The translations under genes were made by a program, and so were the position numbers. A stretch of DNA of 43,567 bases from Escherichia phage IK_ECO1. Below are positions 19,083 to 27,948 of the stretch, in pieces. Each line of letters starts with the position of its first letter. Within the stretch, counting starts at the first letter, position 1. The notes under the pieces are model-generated. The model was not told where the DNA came from, searched no databases, and saw nothing but the letters and a program-made list of their open reading frames with translations. Where the stretch lies: sequence record PP975109.1; one strand, written 5' to 3'.

Positions 19083-19431
19083 CCCAGTACCTTGACTGGT
19101 ACGTTGACGACCCATCCCCTAGACAATCAGTAGTAGTGAAGATGTAACGTCAAGAGCTGAGACGACAAACGGCTGGGGCGCTGAGGCGCTGCCCCTTAAA
19201 AGAATAGCGCCGAGAGGTTGAGTCCCTTCCACGGTTGTGCAGTGGGTCGTACTCACAGGTTGGCAGTCCTGAGCCGATAAGTGCATAGGCAGTCGCTCCC
19301 GTATCCAGTGAGCGCGGCAAATACTGCTGGTATCCTAGCAACCACTGGGCTAGGGGTGTTTGAGTTGGGTTTTAGGCGGGCAAATACATTCCGCCAGAAC
19401 TCAACCCATCAAACACTGAGAGGAGTACACA

Positions 19432-19647
19432 ATGAAATATCGTGATAAGTTAGCGCAACAATTCGCGGGGTTGGGGAAGCTATCTGGCGCTGAGTTGAGG
19501 AAGCGTCGGGATGCACTAAATCGTGCTGGGTATATGCGGGTGAAGCAATCTGCGACGTTCAGTACGAATGTACGCGGTAAGACCAAAACAAAGGGCAGTA
19601 GCAAGGCCCCGCAAGGCTGGTATACTGCTGGGCAGTTCGGACGCTAA
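19432..19647 (+). CDS. Early hypothetical protein, 71 aa, basic
   Basis: RBS gaggag 7 nt upstream of ATG; first ORF after the promoter region. Confidence 0.5.
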   Translation: MKYRDKLAQQFAGLGKLSGAELRKRRDALNRAGYMRVKQSATFSTNVRGKTKTKGSSKAPQGWYTAGQFGR

Positions 19648-19676
19648 TTACAGCCTATAGCATCCTGTGGGGTGCT
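19642..19676 (+). promoter_or_regulatory. Conserved stem-loop element, copy 1 (agcctatagcatcctgtggggtgctatgtgaagta)
   Basis: One of three related intergenic elements; stem tagcatcc / gggtgcta. Confidence 0.4.
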
Positions 19677-19725
19677 ATGTGAAGTAATTCGTTAGGTAAA
19701 CAATCAACAATCGATGAGGTGTATC

Positions 19726-20310
19726 ATGACTAAAGCAACCAATGCAACCGCTAAAGTATTCAAGTTAACTGCTGCGGGTAGCATCCGCAAAGCGCTGGGC
19801 GATGTAGTGGAAGCAAAGCGTAATATTACTATCAGTGCTCTGTTCCACGGTCTGATTAGTAGCAACGTTTCATGGGCTACGGATATGCAGCGTAGTGATG
19901 CCGCTGATTTCGATATGGTGCTGCGTACTTTGTTACCTATCAAGTTCAACAAAGAGTCGGGCAAGTACGAGTTCCACGCCAAAAAGTGTTATACATCGGC
20001 TGAGAAGCTGGGTATTGAGCTGGATAGTGTGCGTCTGGATTATAAACAAGCTGACAAGCAAGGCCGCGAAGAGATTGTTGCCAGCTTCTACAGCGCCTGT
20101 ATGGCCCTGTACGCTGCAGAAGCAGAACAAGTGAAGAATGATGCCCTTGATGCCGACGCAATGCGTCTACAAGCTCTGGGGCGCGTTAAAAATGCCATTA
20201 AGAAGGCAAAAGAGACTGGCGTAAGCGATTCAGATTTAGTAAGCATGCTTATCAGTCAAGGCGTTGATGTACGCGCTGTTCTGGATGCAACGCTGAAGGT
20301 GCCAGCATGA
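19726..20310 (+). CDS. Early hypothetical protein, 194 aa
   Basis: ATG 19726 with RBS gaggtg; track ORF starts 12 nt earlier at 19714. Confidence 0.5.
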   Translation: MTKATNATAKVFKLTAAGSIRKALGDVVEAKRNITISALFHGLISSNVSWATDMQRSDAADFDMVLRTLLPIKFNKESGKYEFHAKKCYTSAEKLGIELDSVRLDYKQADKQGREEIVASFYSACMALYAAEAEQVKNDALDADAMRLQALGRVKNAIKKAKETGVSDSDLVSMLISQGVDVRAVLDATLKVPA

Positions 20311-20439
20311 TTTATAAGGTTCCGGTTATCAAGTGGTGGGCGCTGTGCCCTGCGGCCAACGATGCGGACGCCTTCAACATCCCCACCCGTGGCCGTCACA
20401 ACAAGTGGCGGTATGAGGGATTAGGGGAATACGTATAGT
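20308..20439 (+). CDS. Small hypothetical protein, 43 aa (MIYKVPVIKWWALCPAANDA…)
   Basis: ATGA overlap with upstream stop; below ORF-track threshold; coding status uncertain. Confidence 0.25.
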
Positions 20440-20443
20440 GGCA

Positions 20444-20478
20444 AGCCTATAGCGTCCTACGGGGCGCTATGTGAATAC
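20444..20478 (+). promoter_or_regulatory. Conserved stem-loop element, copy 2 (agcctatagcgtcctacggggcgctatgtgaatac)
   Basis: Stem tagcgtcc / gggcgcta; differs from copy 1 by paired compensatory changes. Confidence 0.4.
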
Positions 20479-20498
20479 CGCTAACAATGAGGTTTCAA

Positions 20499-20720
20499 AT
20501 GAAAGCAAAGTTAATCTATCCGAGGCACGTGCTTTGGCCCTTGTGGCGCAACCAAGTGCACCCAGAGTACAACTACACTGTGATGATCTTCTCTGACCGG
20601 GACATCAATCAGGAATCCCCTTTAGACCTTGTTGATACTCATACCGAAATGGCGGCGCGCACTCTGCTGGACGCCGTGAATCTAGGTGTTATTACCGACT
20701 GGAGGCAACTTTATGCTTAG
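20499..20720 (+). CDS. Early hypothetical protein, 73 aa
   Basis: ATG 20499 with RBS tgaggt; track ORF begins at 20487. Confidence 0.45.
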   Translation: MKAKLIYPRHVLWPLWRNQVHPEYNYTVMIFSDRDINQESPLDLVDTHTEMAARTLLDAVNLGVITDWRQLYA

Positions 20721-20747
20721 CATTATTAATTGTGTTTGGAGCTAACT

Positions 20748-20936
20748 ATGCGGAATCTATACGGGAAGAATCCTGAGCAATTGCTTATGCGTAAGCAACA
20801 ACCAACAATAGACGGGCTGGCGCGGGAGTACAGCGCAAAGGCAACGCTGCGCCGGCACTACGAGAAACAAGCGAAGCGTCTGGGTATGACCCTGCGCGGC
20901 TACTGTCAACGTTTTAATGTACGAGGTGTAGTATGA
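20748..20936 (+). CDS. Early hypothetical protein, 62 aa
   Basis: ATG 20748 preceded by ggag; track ORF begins at TTG 20730. Confidence 0.45.
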   Translation: MRNLYGKNPEQLLMRKQQPTIDGLAREYSAKATLRRHYEKQAKRLGMTLRGYCQRFNVRGVV

Positions 20937-21136
20937 ATGACCTGGTTGAGTATGACTTGTACAAGCGCCCGAACGGGTTACTATACCGAGTATCGCTGCG
21001 TAGTGCGCTGCACGAGCACGCTGAACACTATAGCAATACTCTGCAGCGGTGGTTAAAGTCAGACCACAAAGTTGGCGGTATAATATCCAGCTGCACGAGC
21101 ACGCTAGTGGCCCGCAATGTAGTATTCAAGGATTAA
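20933..21136 (+). CDS. Early hypothetical protein, 67 aa
   Basis: ATGA overlap with upstream gene. Confidence 0.45.
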   Translation: MNDLVEYDLYKRPNGLLYRVSLRSALHEHAEHYSNTLQRWLKSDHKVGGIISSCTSTLVARNVVFKD

Positions 21137-21138
21137 AT

Positions 21139-21483
21139 ATGCTTACAGTAGACGAAACAGCGCTACTGTGTTGGCGCTTGCTAGAGACGCAGGGCAAGTG
21201 CGGTTGCAGTTGGGAAACATTCAAAGAGGTCCCTAATGAACTCAAAGGAATCGTACCAGTTGAGCGTCGATTACTCCACGTTAGAAAAGAAGGTGTTGGC
21301 ACTGTACTCAAAACCTATCGAGAGTACACTGAATCAGCCGCGCGGAGACTTCAGGAGCATATCTCATTTAATGTGGTTGCGGCGCTACGGCAGTATGGAT
21401 ATAGGGGAGCTTATACGCAATTTAGAGCAGCAGTGCGCGCCTATTACAAGCAGCGACAGCTCTCTGCGTGGTATGCACGCTGA
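21139..21483 (+). CDS. Early hypothetical protein, 114 aa
   Basis: ATG 21139 with RBS aagga, directly after upstream stop; track ORF 21049-21483 same frame with earlier start. Confidence 0.45.
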   Translation: MLTVDETALLCWRLLETQGKCGCSWETFKEVPNELKGIVPVERRLLHVRKEGVGTVLKTYREYTESAARRLQEHISFNVVAALRQYGYRGAYTQFRAAVRAYYKQRQLSAWYAR

Positions 21484-21529
21484 ACTTTTAATTCATGATG
21501 AAATAGCATTAACACTGGAGACAAAGAAA

Positions 21530-23251
21530 ATGCAAACGACTCGCGAGATGCAAGAAACTAGCAAAGCAGTTGCAGACATCAATGTGCCTGAATACGAGAA
21601 TTGGACCATCAAATTTCCAGAAGGGGTCAACGCTCTTCCACTGAAGGAACAGATGTACTCTTCCGGGGATTACTGGTGCCAACTTCCCTACCTATCAACT
21701 CAAGGCCATGCGCGCGTGCAAAGTAACAAAACCCGTGCGCTTTTGTATGGCTTTTATATGTTGTCAAAGGTGCTGCCGGGGTATGTTGTAGCACTCGGCA
21801 ACTTCACAGCTGCAGGAGAGGACTTGGGTGGGTGTGTTGGGCCGCTGGGCACGATTGATCTTAGTGACACTCTCCTGTATAAGCTCTTTGACTGTGCAGG
21901 TACCTACGACCAAGCATTCAGTTTATCTAGCAGAACCTTCTATGATGGCCCTGACGTAGTTACAGAACGCGTAGTAGAGGCGGTCCAATACTTTACCGGA
22001 TACAAGGTGCACAAGCAGGCTATCGAGCTGTTCGAAGAGATTATGCTAGCACCTACTTACTCCCTTCGGGCCAAATACACTCGCGGCTTGTACGGTGAGC
22101 GTGATGGTAATTACTGGGCAGCAACCTTGCTTATGCAGTTGCACGGATTTGTAGTATCTAGATTTGCAATCCCACTAGGTTTCGGCTTCCGCAACGGTGA
22201 GCCTGTAGTAATGCTGGGGCAGCCGCGACTGCACAAAGATTATGCTGCAATTACAGAGTATCGCTGTGTAGAGATGCGCGTAGGTAAGTGGCTCGCTAAC
22301 TATTACGGCAGTGGTGTAGACTTCCGGGAATGTATTGAAGACCTCAAAGCTATGAACGTGGAGCCTACTACATATCTTTGTAAGACCGAGCGGGAGTGGT
22401 ACTACGCATACGAGAACGGCCCTCGTAGCTGCATGACTGGATACGACTTCGAGGCTAGTCCGGTGCGTGTATATGCCACGACTAGTCACGGCTTGCCGGA
22501 CAATAATCTGCGCCTGTTCATCCAGTATACTGGTGAACTTTTTGGCGACGACTTTAAAGTGCATGCCCGTGCTATCGTTAACATTGAAACCAATGAATAT
22601 GTCCGTGCATACGGGGATGCTGCAGATGCCATCCTGCGTGCTAATGGGTATGCGAACGATACAGACTGCTTAGATGGTGCAATGCTGGCGCGTATCCCAC
22701 ACCCAGAGCATGATGGTGCCGTGCTTATGCCGTACTTGGATGGGAGCCAAGACGGGGTGGATGCCGAAGGGGATAGTGCATTCGTCATCTGTTATTGCTA
22801 TGACTACGAAGCACAAGACGCTGACGGGTACATTTGGATTGATGATGGTCGCAGTGCTTGTGTAGAGTGCGGGGAGCGATTCGACGAAGAGGACATGTTC
22901 GAGACTTCTGGTGGAGCTTATGTGTGCCCGCACTGTATTGGTGATACTTACGTACAGGTAGTAGGGCGCTCGGTGGTATATCCGTCATGGGATTGTTCAT
23001 GGTCCGACTACCACGATTGTTGGGTATATGACTTTGACGTAGCAGATTGTGCTGTAGAGGGTACAGTGCACGACCGAGAGCCGATGCAGTGTGCGCAAGG
23101 GTACGATGTTCTTAGCATCCACACCGAAGCACACCCAGTGCACGGCATAATCCTCACGGAGTACGCTGCGTCAGTGCTGGATGAGCCTTACCTCGGCAAC
23201 GAGGAAGCTAAAGAAGACAAAGAAGCTAACGCGGAACAGGAGGCAGCTTAA
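21530..23251 (+). CDS. Large early protein of unknown function, about 573 aa, Cys-rich zinc-ribbon-like C-terminal region and acidic tail
   Basis: ATG 21530 with RBS ggaga 9 nt upstream; track ORF 21236-23251 has an earlier in-frame start overlapping the previous gene; CxxC…CxxC (CVECGERF…CPHCIG) near C-terminus. Confidence 0.5.
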   Translation: MQTTREMQETSKAVADINVPEYENWTIKFPEGVNALPLKEQMYSSGDYWCQLPYLSTQGHARVQSNKTRALLYGFYMLSKVLPGYVVALGNFTAAGEDLGGCVGPLGTIDLSDTLLYKLFDCAGTYDQAFSLSSRTFYDGPDVVTERVVEAVQYFTGYKVHKQAIELFEEIMLAPTYSLRAKYTRGLYGERDGNYWAATLLMQLHGFVVSRFAIPLGFGFRNGEPVVMLGQPRLHKDYAAITEYRCVEMRVGKWLANYYGSGVDFRECIEDLKAMNVEPTTYLCKTEREWYYAYENGPRSCMTGYDFEASPVRVYATTSHGLPDNNLRLFIQYTGELFGDDFKVHARAIVNIETNEYVRAYGDAADAILRANGYANDTDCLDGAMLARIPHPEHDGAVLMPYLDGSQDGVDAEGDSAFVICYCYDYEAQDADGYIWIDDGRSACVECGERFDEEDMFETSGGAYVCPHCIGDTYVQVVGRSVVYPSWDCSWSDYHDCWVYDFDVADCAVEGTVHDREPMQCAQGYDVLSIHTEAHPVHGIILTEYAASVLDEPYLGNEEAKEDKEANAEQEAA

Positions 23252-24285
23252 TGTATGGTGTTGACCTTAAACTACTGACAAAGATACTAACAACGCACCG
23301 ACCTAGCTGGGGTAGTACCAAATGGTTTGAGCCTCTTCTTAGTGGTGCCCTTGCCAATGCAGAGCACTATGTAAGGGATGCGCACGGTAACTACTTTGTA
23401 CTAATTGGTAACTCTGAACAGAGCGACGTAGCGTTTACATCACACCTCGATACAGTGGCCCGGCCCGGTAGCGCTGCGCCGGACATTGCAATTACTAACA
23501 AGGGCGTAATGTTCCTGCGGAATCCACAGGTTGCGGACTGTCTCGGGGCAGACTGTGGTGCCGGTATCTACCTGATGCTGGAGATGATTAAGCGCGGTGT
23601 GCATGGACGTTACTGCTTCTTCGTGGATGAGGAAGTAGGTTGTGAGGGCAGCAGAGCATCAGCCAAGGACGATACTGGCTTCTGGACTGGGGTCAAGGCA
23701 ATGATTAGCTTTGACCGCCGGGGTGATGGTATCATCACGCATCAACGATACCAGCGTTGCTGTTCTGATACGTTCGCAAAAGAACTCGCGGCCCGGCTAG
23801 GGCGCACGGAAGCGCACTTACAGAAAGGAGTGTACACTGACTCTGCCGAGTTCATAAGTATTATCCCAGAGTGCACTAACGTAGGCGTAGGGTACATGCA
23901 TGAGCATACACCAGACGAGGTGTTGGACTTGAATATACTCGGACAAGTACTTGAGCGCGTACTACAAGCGGGTACGTTCAAGCACCTACCGATTGAGCGG
24001 GATCCTAAGGTAGTGGAGCCGGATGCGTGGTTGTCCGCCTCAGCGTACCCTTTTGTCACAGCGCTGGATATTCCCCCTGCAGAGGATCCGCATTTACTAG
24101 CAGCATTCAAGGAGGTGTCACAGCTTTCTAAGCAGCAACTGATTGGTTGGGTGTTGGATAACCCGGCAAGAGCGGCAGAGTACATCATGGTGTATTCTGA
24201 CTATGGATTTAAAGATGAGCTGATTGAACTAGGTACCCGAGTTGTAGAGGACTGGGGTGGGTATGATAATATTGTGGAGGGTTGA
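23251..24285 (+). CDS. Putative Zn-metallopeptidase-like protein (M20/M28/M42-type motif order), 344 aa
   Basis: Motif order H-x-D (SHLDTV), GADCGAG, DEEVGCEG, later HEH, as in aminopeptidase-type metal sites; read by eye, not searched. Confidence 0.35.
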   Translation: MYGVDLKLLTKILTTHRPSWGSTKWFEPLLSGALANAEHYVRDAHGNYFVLIGNSEQSDVAFTSHLDTVARPGSAAPDIAITNKGVMFLRNPQVADCLGADCGAGIYLMLEMIKRGVHGRYCFFVDEEVGCEGSRASAKDDTGFWTGVKAMISFDRRGDGIITHQRYQRCCSDTFAKELAARLGRTEAHLQKGVYTDSAEFISIIPECTNVGVGYMHEHTPDEVLDLNILGQVLERVLQAGTFKHLPIERDPKVVEPDAWLSASAYPFVTALDIPPAEDPHLLAAFKEVSQLSKQQLIGWVLDNPARAAEYIMVYSDYGFKDELIELGTRVVEDWGGYDNIVEG

Positions 24286-24287
24286 TT

Positions 24288-24746
24288 ATGTCTAAGTTTA
24301 AAGTTGGTGATAAGGTTGTACGCAAACATTATAAAGATGATGAGATATTTAAAAGCAGACAAGGGGATTGTATTTACTACACAATTACTGATATGTCCGA
24401 ACATGGCTACTGGCTGCAGTTGAATAACTTTTCCTACGATGGTGATCGCGTGCCGTGGTCTGCTGCCAACTTCGAGCTATATCAAGAGCCGGACGACGAG
24501 CTGCCACCGGTTCCGGACAGCGTCTACTATCCGGATATGTACACACTGTTAACGGGGTTACGTGCATGTGAAGGTACATCCGGGTTAACTGTGCGGAAAT
24601 CTCCATATACCTCGGGGGCTTTAAGCCTATCTATTGATGATAGTAAATGGACACGATTAGATGCGGATGCAGCCCTGCAGTTAGCGCATGACCTACGCCG
24701 CATGGCTATGGAGATTCGGAGGAAGGAGAAAGCTAGTGAAGTATGA
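24288..24746 (+). CDS. Hypothetical protein, 152 aa, N-terminal FKVGDKV barrel-like motif
   Basis: ATG 24288 with RBS ggaggg; N-terminus similar to the protein at 27422. Confidence 0.45.
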   Translation: MSKFKVGDKVVRKHYKDDEIFKSRQGDCIYYTITDMSEHGYWLQLNNFSYDGDRVPWSAANFELYQEPDDELPPVPDSVYYPDMYTLLTGLRACEGTSGLTVRKSPYTSGALSLSIDDSKWTRLDADAALQLAHDLRRMAMEIRRKEKASEV

Positions 24747-25197
24747 GTATAACCCGGATACCGGCGAGATACTCCGTTACGGAAAACCCGTGGGGTCTAA
24801 GGACTCCTCTGGGTATTTGGTGGTATGGGTAGATGGCAAGTGCTGGAGAGCACACCGTCTTGCTTACCATTTGCAAGGCCTGCCTGTACCCAAACAAGTG
24901 GACCACATAAACGGCATCCGAGACGATAACAGGTGGATTAATCTGCGAGCAGCCACTAACTCGCAGAACCAATACAATAGAAAACCCTGCTCTTCCTCAG
25001 GGAATTTGAAGGGTGCTTATTACAATAAAGCAATGCGTAGTTGGTATTCTTTAATCAGGGTAAATGGTAAACGTAAGTATCTAGGTTCCTTTACTTCTGA
25101 GGAAGCAGCTCACGCTGCCTATGTGGAAGCGGCACAGCAACTACATGAGGGTTTTGATATATGGACGAGCCGTGGCTTAGAGCCTGCAAGCGCCTAG
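24736..25197 (+). CDS. HNH homing endonuclease with AP2-type DNA-binding domain
   Basis: HRLAYH…VDHINGIRDDNRWINL…SQNQ (HNH) followed by GAYYNKAMRSWYSLIRVNGKRKYLGSFTSEEAAHAAY (AP2-like); GTG 24736 likely start, or ATG 24688. Confidence 0.7.
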   Translation: MKYEYNPDTGEILRYGKPVGSKDSSGYLVVWVDGKCWRAHRLAYHLQGLPVPKQVDHINGIRDDNRWINLRAATNSQNQYNRKPCSSSGNLKGAYYNKAMRSWYSLIRVNGKRKYLGSFTSEEAAHAAYVEAAQQLHEGFDIWTSRGLEPASA

Positions 25198-25949
25198 CTA
25201 TAGGGCAGTCCAGCAGGTTCAGGTGCTGCGGGAGCACTCCCGCGGCGATAATCTACAACAAGCAAGACGCCTGGAGTATGTACTGTTTCCGGTGTCACAA
25301 AACAGTTAATGAGCGCAAGCAGTATCAGCGCATACAGTTACAGGAAGAGCCGAGGGTGCAGCCCTCTGCACCTGCAGATGCAATTTGCATTAGCCAAGCG
25401 ACTGCAGAAACACAGAGTTTTATTTACGGATTCCTTGCTTCAAAAGGAATCATGCCTGAAATGGTGGAGGATGCAGAATGGAGCAACGAGAAACAGCGGA
25501 TACTATTCCGTGTCGGGGGTGCTGTACTGGGTCGTGCTGTTCATGCCCGACAGCAACCGAAGTGGGTAATGTACGGCCAGCCAATACCGTTCGCTGCCGT
25601 GGGACCTGCCGTAGCACCGGATGTAGCTGCGGCCGCACCTCTAAAGGTCGTGCTCACCGAGGACTTACTCTCAGCCCGGAAGATACAGCACGCAGTTACG
25701 AGCTACAGTGCGTTGAACGTGCAGGCTATAGCTATGCTGGGTACACGCTTGCCCACGCCGCTAAGGGCCTGGCTGATTCAGAATCGCCCGGAAGCGATTC
25801 TGATGCTAGACAATGACCCGGCAGGGCACGCTGGGGTAGCGGCGGCGCGCAAAGCACTGCGCCCGTTCATGCAGTGCCGAGAACACTACTTCGCTGCGGA
25901 CCCTAAGGACGCAGAAATCAAGGAGATACTGGAGGCTTTGGATGTTTAA
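25161..25949 (+). CDS. DNA primase (zinc-binding N-terminus plus TOPRIM), 262 aa
   Basis: Cys cluster CCGS…CFRCH; TOPRIM-like LTEDLLSA and LMLDNDPAGHAG motifs; precedes helicase. Confidence 0.6.
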   Translation: MDEPWLRACKRLAIGQSSRFRCCGSTPAAIIYNKQDAWSMYCFRCHKTVNERKQYQRIQLQEEPRVQPSAPADAICISQATAETQSFIYGFLASKGIMPEMVEDAEWSNEKQRILFRVGGAVLGRAVHARQQPKWVMYGQPIPFAAVGPAVAPDVAAAAPLKVVLTEDLLSARKIQHAVTSYSALNVQAIAMLGTRLPTPLRAWLIQNRPEAILMLDNDPAGHAGVAAARKALRPFMQCREHYFAADPKDAEIKEILEALDV

Positions 25950-26148
25950 GAATAAGTACAGAGTAGTGCAGGACAGCTACGCAGGATTTGAGGCGCAGGT
26001 TAAGTTCTGGTGGTTTCCGGTGCGCTGGTGGCAACTGTGCAGATCCGGGCGTGGGGTGGGTACTAACACGTACCCCAACCTTCATGAGGCAGAGAGCCTG
26101 TGTCGAGTACACGCCAGAAAGAGTACCATCTACAAAGTGGAGGTTTAA
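25942..26148 (+). CDS. Hypothetical protein, 68 aa
   Basis: RBS ggagg before ATG; between primase and helicase. Confidence 0.4.
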   Translation: MFKNKYRVVQDSYAGFEAQVKFWWFPVRWWQLCRSGRGVGTNTYPNLHEAESLCRVHARKSTIYKVEV

Positions 26149-27429
26149 TTGGACCTAATAGTAGTCAAGGCAATGTGCACGCAGAAGGTCTGGAACCGAC
26201 TGCGAGAGCAGATACCAAAGAGCATGCTCGCCCCCGATACCTCTAACCTACTGGACTGGGTAGGGCTGTACTGGAACACGTACCCGGAACACCAGGAGGT
26301 GCAGTGGGATGCGATGCAGAGCATGCTCAACCTCCGGGCCGGGCATCTATCCCGTGAAGAGCGGGTGATTATGGATGAGCTTATGCGGGGAGTACAAGCC
26401 GTGCCACAGGATTCTGTGGTGGGGATTGTCCAGACCCTGAACGAGCTAGCCTACAGCGGGGAGGTTGCGGCACTTACACAGCGCTACCAAGACGGTGAGG
26501 AGGTTGATTATCTTCTGGAGATGAAGCACCTCCAGCGCAAGTACGGTGATGGTGCTGCTGTTCATGATTCGCTACTGGAATGGGAGAGCGGAAGTGTTGA
26601 TGAGATACTTGCCGCGACTGATGAAAGTGGCGGGCTTAAACTGGGTGTGTTTGAGCAGCTGTCTAATAGCATTCGTGGGCTTCGCGGCGGTGATTGCATC
26701 GCCGTTGCTGCCCCTGTTGATTCTGGTAAAACTAGTCTACTCGCTGCTATTGCCGTGGACTTTGCTAAGCAGATGCAGCAGCAACCGGAAGTATACGGGG
26801 ATCGTCCGATTCTGTGGTTGGTTAACGAAGGCCCGGCGACGCGTACAGTGCCGAGGGTATATCAAGCGGCGCTGCATTGGACTCTGGCTGAGATTAAGGA
26901 GAGGCACAGTAAGCAAGAGTTTGTGCCAGCCTATCTAGAGAAAGTAGGTAGGGCCGACCGTATTCGTATCAAGGCAGCTCACTCTCTTACTATGGCTCAA
27001 ATCTCTACACTCATGGAGGAGATGCGCCCGGCAGTAATCATCATAGATATGGTGGCCAACATCCGTGGCGGAACTATGGAGAGCGAGCACCAGAATCTAG
27101 AGGCGAAGTGGCAGGAGCTGCGTATCTTGGGGTGTGAGAATGACTGTGCTGTTATTGGTACTATGCAGCTTTCACTCGAAGGTTACAACCTACTGTTTCC
27201 TCCGCTCACAGCAATGAAGCAGAGTAAGATTGGTGTACAAGGCGCTTTGGATTTGGCGATTATGATGGGGTGCTTGGACAGGAACGAGCAGCCGCATATG
27301 CAAAACATCCGTGGTATCAGTACACCTAAGAACAAGATGGCACTGTCTGGTAAGGAGTCGCTACTGCAATTTGAGGTAGCATTCGACCCAGGTAGGTGCC
27401 GATTTAATGAGGGTCAAATTAATGTGTAA
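26149..27429 (+). CDS. Replicative DNA helicase (DnaB/gp4-like), 426 aa
   Basis: Walker A AAPVDSGKTSLLA and Walker B-like VIIIDMV; TTG start at 26149 or ATG at 26173. Confidence 0.7.
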   Translation: MDLIVVKAMCTQKVWNRLREQIPKSMLAPDTSNLLDWVGLYWNTYPEHQEVQWDAMQSMLNLRAGHLSREERVIMDELMRGVQAVPQDSVVGIVQTLNELAYSGEVAALTQRYQDGEEVDYLLEMKHLQRKYGDGAAVHDSLLEWESGSVDEILAATDESGGLKLGVFEQLSNSIRGLRGGDCIAVAAPVDSGKTSLLAAIAVDFAKQMQQQPEVYGDRPILWLVNEGPATRTVPRVYQAALHWTLAEIKERHSKQEFVPAYLEKVGRADRIRIKAAHSLTMAQISTLMEEMRPAVIIIDMVANIRGGTMESEHQNLEAKWQELRILGCENDCAVIGTMQLSLEGYNLLFPPLTAMKQSKIGVQGALDLAIMMGCLDRNEQPHMQNIRGISTPKNKMALSGKESLLQFEVAFDPGRCRFNEGQINV

Positions 27430-27742
27430 TTTTAAAATTGGTGATAAAGTACGGCGCGATGTTGACCTAACCCGTGAGGCAGCTGACCGTACAGGTGTTC
27501 GTAGGGGTCGTGTATACACCGTTCGTAACGCAAGCGAGGCGATGATACAGCTGGTCGAATCAAAGGAACCTACCTTTCACTTTGCTCCAGAGGCATTCTC
27601 CCTAGTATCCCACAGTACTAATTGGGATGTAAATGAAGCGTTACGTCTGCGGGACTTGGCGGTACAGGCTATACAGGAGTATAACACGTACCTGCTGCGG
27701 CAGCCGCTGCTAGAGGCTATTGATATTCCGCTAATCAAGTGA
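27422..27742 (+). CDS. Hypothetical protein, 106 aa, N-terminal FKIGDKV motif (paralog of 24288 gene N-terminus)
   Basis: MCNFKIGDKVRR aligns with MSKFKVGDKVVR; alternative ATG at 27407. Confidence 0.45.
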   Translation: MCNFKIGDKVRRDVDLTREAADRTGVRRGRVYTVRNASEAMIQLVESKEPTFHFAPEAFSLVSHSTNWDVNEALRLRDLAVQAIQEYNTYLLRQPLLEAIDIPLIK

Positions 27743-27747
27743 CTTCC

Positions 27748-27780
27748 CTAGCGCCTTCCTAGAGGGCGCTATGTAGGTAC
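27748..27780 (+). promoter_or_regulatory. Conserved stem-loop element, copy 3 (ctagcgccttcctagagggcgctatgtaggtac)
   Basis: Stem tagcgcc / ggcgcta followed by tatgt…gta as in copies 1 and 2. Confidence 0.35.
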
Positions 27781-27792
27781 ATAGGAGGCTAT

Positions 27793-27948
27793 TATGCTTA
27801 AACCGTCAGACATCAACTACCTCGATGACGAGGTAATCAAGGTGTACGCTGCATCTGCAGGTACTTTCCGTAAACGATTCGCGCTGGAAGTTAGCCAGCT
27901 GATTGTGCATCTGGCTATCAACAAGGCTCGGAGGACTAATTGGAAATG
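27793..27948 (+). CDS. Small hypothetical protein, 51 aa
   Basis: RBS ataggagg before ATG 27793; stop overlaps HNH start (ATGA); below track threshold. Confidence 0.3.

Noticed and set aside
21236-21529. Upstream start (ATG 21236) giving a 671-aa version of the large early protein
   Set aside because: It would overlap the preceding gene for about 250 nt in another frame and lacks an RBS; ATG 21530 with a GGAG RBS is preferred.
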